Notes under the pieces: generated by a model
Database searches by the model: none
What the model saw: the letters and a program-made list of their open reading frames with translations, nothing else
Told to the model about the DNA's origin: nothing
Virus record (IMG/VR): IMGVR_UViG_3300045988_122291
Coordinates: 50,076 to 114,075 of that record
Length of the DNA stretch: 64,000 nt
Origin: a virus
Strand: one strand, 5' to 3'
Shown here: positions 18,193 to 24,385 of the stretch, piece by piece
How positions within the stretch are numbered: the first letter of the stretch is position 1
Layout: the number at the start of each line of letters is the position of its first letter
Program-made: the position numbers and the translations under genes

Positions 18193-18396
18193 TTAAAGAC
18201 CGTTATCAGCAAGTAGCTTGCGATAATCAGCGGACAGGAGAGTTGCGCCAGTCTTTTCCTCGCGCCACTTAATGTAGACCGCACGTGCGAGGTCATCACG
18301 AGGAATGTTGTGCTTGTTGTCCCACTGGTCGAGCTGTACACCAATGTCACCGGGGAGCTTTGCGATGTGTCGATGTTGTAGTTTGTAATTGTACAT
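18193..18396 (-). CDS. hypothetical protein (67 aa)
   Basis: Start at ATG 18396 behind AAAGGAGAAG; last gene before the terminator. Confidence 0.5.
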   Translation of the reverse strand: MYNYKLQHRHIAKLPGDIGVQLDQWDNKHNIPRDDLARAVYIKWREEKTGATLLSADYRKLLADNGL

Positions 18397-18427
18397 ATTT
18401 TTTTCTTCTCCTTTGTTTGCTTGATTT

Positions 18428-18823
18428 TTATTCAAAGTAGCCTATTTCAATTTTATCAAAATAGTCACTCAAATAACCACTTAAACTTCTAATGTGTATT
18501 TCATCTCGGTCGGAATTATACCAAACTGAAAATAATGAGTAATTTTGCCTCGGATAGTTTTTGGGTGATACATAGAAATTATTTTCTTTGTCATCGCTAC
18601 TAATATCTCCCATAAAATTAGTGGGGAAAATAATAACTTCTTTTCCATCTGAAGTTTCTCTGTAAAATCTAAAAAGAATATTGTTTTTCGGCGTGCGATA
18701 TAAATTTGTATTGTATAGCGTTAAATTGTAATCATTCGGCATATTCCATGATTGTGTTACATGAAACACCATAGTGTCTCCGACACTTTTAGTTTCCTGT
18801 TTATTAGTGACAATAGCATTCAT
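18428..18823 (-). CDS. MNGIVTGK-family paralogue P3 (131 aa)
   Basis: MNAIVTNKQETKSVGDTMVF ... KIEIGYFE; own SD GGCGGTGA, no uORF, 19 nt after the P2 stop. Confidence 0.7.
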   Translation of the reverse strand: MNAIVTNKQETKSVGDTMVFHVTQSWNMPNDYNLTLYNTNLYRTPKNNILFRFYRETSDGKEVIIFPTNFMGDISSDDKENNFYVSPKNYPRQNYSLFSVWYNSDRDEIHIRSLSGYLSDYFDKIEIGYFE

Positions 18824-18842
18824 ACTGTCACCGCCTTTGAAG

Positions 18843-19145
18843 TTACTTTATGGAAATTCGATAGAATTTTGCATTTAATCCTTCTCTGTTGTTTGTTGCC
18901 CCCATTATATTTCCATTTTCGAAATATAAATGAACCGATGGTGCGTCTGGACTGACAGAAAAAGTTTTTCCGTCCCATTTTCCAATAGAGAAATCGTAAC
19001 TGTAAAGAATATAAACACAAGGGTCGTTCGCTTTTGGTGTTTCTATTACTGTTCCATGGTATTCTATCCAAAAAGAACTGTTGTACACTATTTCGAACTC
19101 TTTGCTTGTTCCTAATCCAATGGGCAAAGTAATAATTCCGTTCAT
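18843..19145 (-). CDS. MNGIVTGK-family paralogue P2 (100 aa, divergent)
   Basis: Starts MNGIITLPIGLG; preceded by leader L2. Confidence 0.6.
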   Translation of the reverse strand: MNGIITLPIGLGTSKEFEIVYNSSFWIEYHGTVIETPKANDPCVYILYSYDFSIGKWDGKTFSVSPDAPSVHLYFENGNIMGATNNREGLNAKFYRISIK

Positions 19146-19216
19146 TTACTCTGCCCCCCCCAGTTTAATCTGAAGAATGCTCATTGCTCAAATTCCTTTC
19201 TGAGCAATGAGAAGGT
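19146..19216 (-). promoter_or_regulatory. poly-G uORF leader L2
   Basis: uORF 19184..19146 (MSILQIKLGGAE*). G8 tract = C-run 19154-19161, length fixed by ORF-track coordinates. The TAA stop abuts the P2 ATG (TAAATG). The uORF start lies inside the 11-bp hairpin 19180-19211. Confidence 0.6.
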
Positions 19217-19591
19217 TTATTCAAAAGTGCCGATTTCTACTGAAGAAAGGTTATTTCTCATTTTAAAATTATCAGAAACTCCCAAAGCAAGTCTTATGCT
19301 GGGGTCTGAATATTTTTTTACAACCTCTACCCAATCTGCTTCGTTAGGCGAAAGATATGTCGCAATCGTCGAACTGTCGTTATCTACCATTACAAAGCGC
19401 ATTGAAATATAAGCTACTCTGTCACCAAAAGATTCTATTTTTAAGAAATAAGGTGGCTCAAGATAAGAAGTATTTGGCACATAAAAATACATGAGTGCAG
19501 TTGCTTCTGTAGGAACACTGCCTACTAAAGCAGTTTTCCATACCAAACTTCCAGCCTGTTTCTCTTGCTTACCAGTCACAATACCGTTCAC
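19217..19591 (-). CDS. MNGIVTGK-family paralogue P4 (124 aa, GTG start)
   Basis: (V)NGIVTGKQEKQAGSLVWK ... SSVEIGTFE. Confidence 0.7.
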   Translation of the reverse strand: MNGIVTGKQEKQAGSLVWKTALVGSVPTEATALMYFYVPNTSYLEPPYFLKIESFGDRVAYISMRFVMVDNDSSTIATYLSPNEADWVEVVKKYSDPSIRLALGVSDNFKMRNNLSSVEIGTFE

Positions 19592-19746
19592 TCTTGTGCA
19601 CCTTCTTTCGGTGCATACTTCTCATTGCTCAAATAATTTAGTGGGAGACTATGCCCCCCCCCAGTTGAAACTGAGGTTGACTTACAAATACACATTTTTG
19701 TGTCTCCTTTGTTATGTGTTGTTTGTAATTTGAGCAATGGGAAGGG
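19592..19746 (-). promoter_or_regulatory. poly-G uORF leader L3
   Basis: SD GGAGA + uORF 19695..19588 (35 aa). G9 tract 19654-19662, confirmed by the APPQ translation of the plus-strand ORF 19491..19733. Its TGA overlaps the P4 GTG (GTGA). SD hairpin 19597-19615. Confidence 0.65.
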
Positions 19747-20103
19747 TTAAGAAAATAATTCAAAACCTAAATTACTATATTCATTAGTAGTAATAGTATT
19801 GGTATTGAAATTTATGGTAAGCGTTGCAACTGAAGAGCTACCTATGCCATTAAGAGTGATAACCGATTGTTTATAAATAGCCCCTGTTTCATATCCAGAA
19901 CTGCTATTTATAACAATCGCATATTTCTCTTGAGGAAAAATCACACAATAGGTCGTATAATAACTACGATATGTTTCAGTAGCAATAACTGAATATTTAT
20001 CTATATCAGTAATCGTTGCATTACCATTGTAGTATTGCCGAACAGCAGAAGTTGGCACTTTACCACCAGTTGTTTCAATCTTACCCGTTACAATTCCGTT
20101 CAT
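19747..20103 (-). CDS. MNGIVTGK-family paralogue P5 (118 aa)
   Basis: MNGIVTGKIETTGGKVPTS ... NLGFELFS. Confidence 0.7.
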   Translation of the reverse strand: MNGIVTGKIETTGGKVPTSAVRQYYNGNATITDIDKYSVIATETYRSYYTTYCVIFPQEKYAIVINSSSGYETGAIYKQSVITLNGIGSSSVATLTINFNTNTITTNEYSNLGFELFS

Positions 20104-20262
20104 CCAACAGCACCAACTTTCTTCAGTGCTGTTCCATTGCTCAAATTAAAGTTTAGGAGAATGCTAACGCATTGCCCCCCCCCAACTGAAGTCAGGGTTG
20201 ACTGAATGTTAAACATAAATGTTCTCCTTTTGTATAGTTTTTATTTGAGCAATGGAAGGGAA
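20104..20262 (-). promoter_or_regulatory. poly-G uORF leader L4
   Basis: SD GGAGAA + uORF 20216..20100 (38 aa). G9 tract 20175-20183. Its TGA overlaps the P5 ATG (ATGA). Hairpin 20106-20133; 12-bp arms CCATTGCTCAAA 20134-20145 / 20244-20255. Confidence 0.6.
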
Positions 20263-20616
20263 TTACCAATAAATGAAAACTGCCATATTCGTTCCGACAT
20301 ATGTTAATGTCATTGCTGAGAAATCGACAGTATACAATGCTGAAGTTGAAGTAGCGGGAGAATAAAAAGTATAGACAGTATCGGTAATTATTTTTCTATC
20401 TTCCCAATCAACGGGTTGAGGGAGATATATGATATATTTTCCTTGTGGATATATCTCATAGCATCCGTGCGAACTTATATATGTTCTAATGCACCTTAAT
20501 TTAGATATATCGAAAGGAGAATTTGTTTTATCAATAACAGGTCTTTCTATGCTTGTAGGCACAGTATCACTTATACTTTGCTTTTCTTCAATTTTACCGC
20601 TAACAATCCCATTCAT
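20263..20616 (-). CDS. MNGIVTGK-family paralogue P6 (117 aa)
   Basis: MNGIVSGKIEEKQSISDTVPTS ...; C-terminus divergent. Confidence 0.7.
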   Translation of the reverse strand: MNGIVSGKIEEKQSISDTVPTSIERPVIDKTNSPFDISKLRCIRTYISSHGCYEIYPQGKYIIYLPQPVDWEDRKIITDTVYTFYSPATSTSALYTVDFSAMTLTYVGTNMAVFIYW

Positions 20617-20785
20617 ACAGTCACCTGCTTTCGGTGACTAACATTGCTCAAAAAGGACTTTCGCCCTATTAGGAAGTTATTGCCCCCCCCAAGTGAAACA
20701 TAAGTTCACTCAGAGAAAACTTGATACGCATGGTATCACTCCTTGTTATTTAATTGAGCAACGTGTGTGAAGGGTGGTTAAGTGG
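20617..20785 (-). promoter_or_regulatory. poly-G uORF leader L5
   Basis: SD GGAG + uORF 20731..20669 (MRIKFSLSELMFHLGGAITS*). G8 tract 20683-20690. The current frame stops 52 nt before the P6 ATG; the G9/G6 frame is open for 24 codons to the overlapping TGA. SD hairpin 20620-20638. Confidence 0.6.
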
Positions 20786-21127
20786 TTAGGAAATTTCGAG
20801 AATGCCAAGTTCTAATGAGTTCATACATTCGCTAAAAGGAATGAAACGTGAAGCAGAATTAGTTCGAACCATACAAGCGCCTTGCCACTGGCTACAATAA
20901 ATGTTGTCTGGTAAATCCAGTGTTATGTGCCTTTCATCATCTCGCGAAATCACGAAATTTTTCACGCAAATTAAAGTAATATTATTACTTTTATCTATAA
21001 TACGAATATACTTCAAAGCATTATAGTCAAAAGTAAAATTTGATTGACTTAAATCAATCGACTGTTCACTCTTAAACACCATACTACCAGCAGTCTTTTC
21101 AATCTTGCCAGTTACTATACCATTCAT
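20786..21127 (-). CDS. MNGIVTGK-family paralogue P7 (113 aa)
   Basis: MNGIVTGKIEKTAGSMVFKSEQ ... SLELGILEIS; ATG 21127 preferred over the GTG at 21130. Confidence 0.7.
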   Translation of the reverse strand: MNGIVTGKIEKTAGSMVFKSEQSIDLSQSNFTFDYNALKYIRIIDKSNNITLICVKNFVISRDDERHITLDLPDNIYCSQWQGACMVRTNSASRFIPFSECMNSLELGILEIS

Positions 21128-21250
21128 CACAAGACCTCCTTTCGGAGGTTGCCAATCCTGTTGCTCAAAGGAAAGGCATTTCCAATCATTAGGTTAGAAC
21201 AATGCCCCCCAAGTGAATGAGAGTTTTAGTCTTAATCATATGTATTCTCC
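21128..21250 (-). promoter_or_regulatory. poly-G uORF leader L6
   Basis: SD GGAGAA + uORF 21239..21189 (MIKTKTLIHLGGIVLT*). G6 tract 21205-21210. The G7 frame is open for 26 codons to the TGA that shares its A with ATG 21127. CCTCC-GAAA-GGAGG hairpin 21135-21148 buries the SD. Confidence 0.6.
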
Positions 21251-21679
21251 TTACATATTGTCTACAATTTCGTGCATCTTATCTTCAAGATGAATCGCAA
21301 CGAACGATAGTAACGCCCATGCACAACAGAAGAATAGATTACACTGTCCAAAAAAGAAGGTAAACGGTAAGTGGCTGTAATCCCACACATCCATATGCAG
21401 GATGTTATTCAGCACTACACCAGTTAATCCTTCAAGAACTGTGATAACCACGGTTCCAATTACTACTTGTTGCCATTGCTTGAATTGGTGTTTTCCTTCG
21501 TTTAGCAGTCCTACAATAACGAAACATAGCCCGCCGAGAACTGCCATAGTCCAGTTGGTTGGTTTGCCTTTCCAAATGGTTTCGATGGCGAAGTAAAGCA
21601 TACCACCCATCACACCAAACAGCGCATGGACAAGTATTGAATTTAGTTTATGCTTCATAGCTTTAAGCCAACTTAGCAA
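21251..21679 (-). CDS. polytopic membrane protein (DUF1113 / putative ABC-transporter type IV-like)
   Basis: 4-5 TM helices, VWDYSHLPF motif. Confidence 0.55.
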   Translation of the reverse strand: MLSWLKAMKHKLNSILVHALFGVMGGMLYFAIETIWKGKPTNWTMAVLGGLCFVIVGLLNEGKHQFKQWQQVVIGTVVITVLEGLTGVVLNNILHMDVWDYSHLPFTFFFGQCNLFFCCAWALLSFVAIHLEDKMHEIVDNM

Positions 21680-22343
21680 GCATAGCGTCCATCTGAGCCT
21701 TTGCAGAAGCCAATACCTTAACTTCTTGTTCTGCCAGCTTACCAGTTAGTTCAGTTGCAAGGGTTACTGCCTTAACAGCGTCCTTATCTTCACAGCTATT
21801 TACATACTGTTTTAGCAAGTTACCGTGTGTAGTCAGCTTAGTGATGAGCGTTTGCATACTCACGTACAAGCTGACAATATCAGCCTTTGGATAAATTACA
21901 CATTCCTTGCCGTCAGCATGGTAAGGAAATTCTTCAACGCCCATAACAACTGCATTAAAGATATTACCAATGTTGGCTTGGTCGTTTGCTGTTAGGCTGA
22001 AATGTTCATCACCATAAGAAGTCTTAACGTCAACGCCAGCATAAATAGTTTGCTCAACTGAATTGTTAAGAGAATTGATAACTTGACCACGAAGTTCTTC
22101 AATAGTCGGCTCATAAGGAGTAGGAGCTTCTTCCTTGTCCCAGTGAACCGTATTACCTACGCATTCCCAAATCTTATAATCTGACTTCTTGAGAGTGCAA
22201 AGTTCTTCGTCAATGTCAGTGACAAATCGAATTGTATCACCAAGTTCAATATCATGAACCTTATCAAGCGTAATGTAGCAACGTTCGGAATTGATGATAC
22301 CTTCTACATTTTCATATGTTTTCTTATTAGTAATTAGTTTCAT
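21663..22343 (-). CDS. tail-fibre-associated protein (DUF4376-like, tentative)
   Basis: 226 aa following the tail-fibre-like gene; FSLTANDQANIGN segment and C-terminal coiled coil. Confidence 0.45.
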   Translation of the reverse strand: MKLITNKKTYENVEGIINSERCYITLDKVHDIELGDTIRFVTDIDEELCTLKKSDYKIWECVGNTVHWDKEEAPTPYEPTIEELRGQVINSLNNSVEQTIYAGVDVKTSYGDEHFSLTANDQANIGNIFNAVVMGVEEFPYHADGKECVIYPKADIVSLYVSMQTLITKLTTHGNLLKQYVNSCEDKDAVKAVTLATELTGKLAEQEVKVLASAKAQMDAMLAKLA

Positions 22344-22741
22344 TAAACTACCTCACCTACTACTTGAACAGTAAAATCTACTGAAGGCTTTGTAGAGCCA
22401 GAAGTTCTTAGAGTCAAAGTATTCGTACCTGTTGTGCCGTAATCTGCAAGCAATGCAAATGCAGTTTTCTGATTAGCCGCCGCTGTTGCGTCAGAACTCG
22501 GCAGAAGATAAATAATTGGCTGATAGCGCATATTGATAGCAAGACCACTAATTGTTTGTGTTTGCTGATAAACACCGCCACTTGAACTCCAACCACCAGA
22601 ATAGAAAGTAGCTGTACCAAAAACGGTCTTGCCTACTTCAAGGTTTTGTCGTGCGCCTTGGGCAGTTGTTGCACCAGTGCCACCGTCAGGGATTGGAACA
22701 GGGTAAACGTAACCTTGCCCTGTTATTGCTCCATAACCCAT
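22343..22741 (-). CDS. tail-fibre-like protein (132 aa)
   Basis: N-terminal PDGGTGATTAQGARQNL motif, common at phage tail-fibre N-termini. Confidence 0.5.
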   Translation of the reverse strand: MGYGAITGQGYVYPVPIPDGGTGATTAQGARQNLEVGKTVFGTATFYSGGWSSSGGVYQQTQTISGLAINMRYQPIIYLLPSSDATAAANQKTAFALLADYGTTGTNTLTLRTSGSTKPSVDFTVQVVGEVV

Positions 22742-22795
22742 TCAATCACTTCCTTTTGTCAAAATTTAGGCGAATCTCTCGCCTTTGATATTAGC

Positions 22796-22824
22796 ATTAT
22801 ACCACATCCTTATACATTTGTCAA
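22796..22824 (-). promoter_or_regulatory. sigma-A-type promoter
   Basis: TTGACA (22824-22819) N17 TATAAT (22801-22796); 5'-UTR hairpin AGGCGA/TCGCCT at about 22768-22784. Confidence 0.55.
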
Positions 22825-22846
22825 GAGGTAAATTGTAAATAATTTG

Positions 22847-23938
22847 TTAATTATTTAGAATATCAATCGTCCGTGCTTCATACAGCTTTTGCCATGCCTG
22901 AAAATCGCGGTCTACTGCATTTTCCTTGCGTTCAAGTAAACCCAAGCTATCCCACACAACATCAACTTGTGCAAGACCAGACCAAAGTTCAGCTTGCTTC
23001 ATAATCTTATTGTTCCATTGCTCAAACTCTGTGTCTGTGCCGCCAGTAGCATCATTATCTACAATAAGAACAACATGATTAACGCCCAACTTTAACAGTT
23101 GATTCCTGCGTTGTAAGCCAAGCTGTGAGCCGAACATAGCGACTGCTGTTGATTGTGAGCCGAGAAAGCTATGCAATTTAAGCACCGCTTTCTCGCTTTC
23201 GGCAATCATTACAGTACCAGTACGTTCTATTTCATATTGGTTCTGCGCCAATCCATATAGCACTGCGTTAGTAGGGAACTTATAGATAGTGCCATCCAAC
23301 AGTTGCAAAGGTCGATATTTACCATTTATTGCATTTTCACCCCAATACCTGCAACGAATCCCTACTAAGTCATAATTTTCATTGAACACAGGAATGGTCG
23401 TTCCCCATTCTCGTCCATACCAGCCGATACGAAACAAGGCTTGCGTTTCTTCGCTTATGCCTTCATTCACCCATTCTTGGCATGGTACATTGGGAATAGC
23501 GTCAAGAATAGAAATATCATAAGTCGGCAATAAACTACCGCCGTTTCGTACTGTAATGAACTTCTCAAGTCCAGACCAATCCGTGATATTAGGGTTGGCT
23601 ACACGCTGAACTTGAGAAGATTCAATACCAGTAACATCAAGAATGTAATTTACTGCGTCTACGAAAGAACAAGGTTGCTTTAGTAGAGATAATCGTGTTT
23701 GGGTTAGTGAGATAATGTCGTATGAACGTCCAGCGGTTAAGCCAAGATAAATGCTTGTATCTGGATAAAATAGTAACTTTGCTGAACCATCTAAAGCATT
23801 AACATTCTTATCGCCAGTAAAGTAAACAATTTCATTTGGGTGTTCCATGTAGATAGGAATACCCAACGACTTCATTATCTTTTTGTGGTCGTCAATAGTT
23901 AATCGGGCTTTCAGAGCCTTAGTATTTATCTTAGCCAT
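22847..23938 (-). CDS. DNA primase (Toprim domain)
   Basis: MIAESEKAVLKL and VVLIVDNDATGG Toprim acidic motifs; 363 aa. Confidence 0.7.
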   Translation of the reverse strand: MAKINTKALKARLTIDDHKKIMKSLGIPIYMEHPNEIVYFTGDKNVNALDGSAKLLFYPDTSIYLGLTAGRSYDIISLTQTRLSLLKQPCSFVDAVNYILDVTGIESSQVQRVANPNITDWSGLEKFITVRNGGSLLPTYDISILDAIPNVPCQEWVNEGISEETQALFRIGWYGREWGTTIPVFNENYDLVGIRCRYWGENAINGKYRPLQLLDGTIYKFPTNAVLYGLAQNQYEIERTGTVMIAESEKAVLKLHSFLGSQSTAVAMFGSQLGLQRRNQLLKLGVNHVVLIVDNDATGGTDTEFEQWNNKIMKQAELWSGLAQVDVVWDSLGLLERKENAVDRDFQAWQKLYEARTIDILNN

Positions 23939-23956
23939 TTCCAGCCCGTCCTTTAC

Positions 23957-24385
23957 TTAGTCGATACTTGCTTCGTAATATCCTTTAGCTACATAGAAGT
24001 AAATCCCATCGTCCCTGTTCAGTGCAAACAAGACAGAATCACCACAAGCAATAAACTTTAGTGGCTCTTCTGGATGAGTGCGAAAATAATCAGCGGCTTC
24101 GCGAATCCAACCGTTAATGATTTGGTCTCTCTGCGGAACACCACCATTAAAATCATAAAAATTTTCTGGAAAATGCGGTGGATTATTTAGTGAAATTTCT
24201 TCTTCTTCCATGCAATGCCCGCTACACTCGGGGCAAAGCACATATGTTTGCTTATATTCATTGTGCCACGTTTCATCACTGCCGTACTCAAATTCACAAC
24301 CACAAATAGGGCAAGTTGTGCGCTTTGTTACAATTTCGGGTGCGGTACTCTTAGTATCACCGTGCTTAATTACCTTCATCTTCAT
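23957..24385 (-). CDS. zinc-ribbon protein (142 aa)
   Basis: CPICGC ... CPECSGHC. Confidence 0.55.
   Translation of the reverse strand: MKMKVIKHGDTKSTAPEIVTKRTTCPICGCEFEYGSDETWHNEYKQTYVLCPECSGHCMEEEEISLNNPPHFPENFYDFNGGVPQRDQIINGWIREAADYFRTHPEEPLKFIACGDSVLFALNRDDGIYFYVAKGYYEASID

Noticed and set aside
18820-19071. 83-aa minus-strand ORF overlapping P2 in another frame.
   Set aside because: It lies entirely inside P2, has a TTG start and no SD, and has a low-complexity basic composition. It is a shadow ORF.
19146-19185. My first hand count gave 9 C at the 19154 tract. That would make uORF L2 run about 121 codons out of frame through P2.
   Set aside because: ORF-track bookkeeping contradicts it. 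The P2 start at 19145, the P4 stop at 19217, the plus-strand ORF start at 19227, and the fact that the 18820..19071 ORF begins only at TTG 19071 all require 8 C. With G8 the uORF ends at a TAA abutting the P2 ATG.
18428-21130. A diversity-generating retroelement as the source of the hypervariable paralogue cores.
   Set aside because: There is no reverse transcriptase ORF in the window and no template/variable repeat pair with adenine-specific differences. Variation spans whole cores rather than scattered codons.
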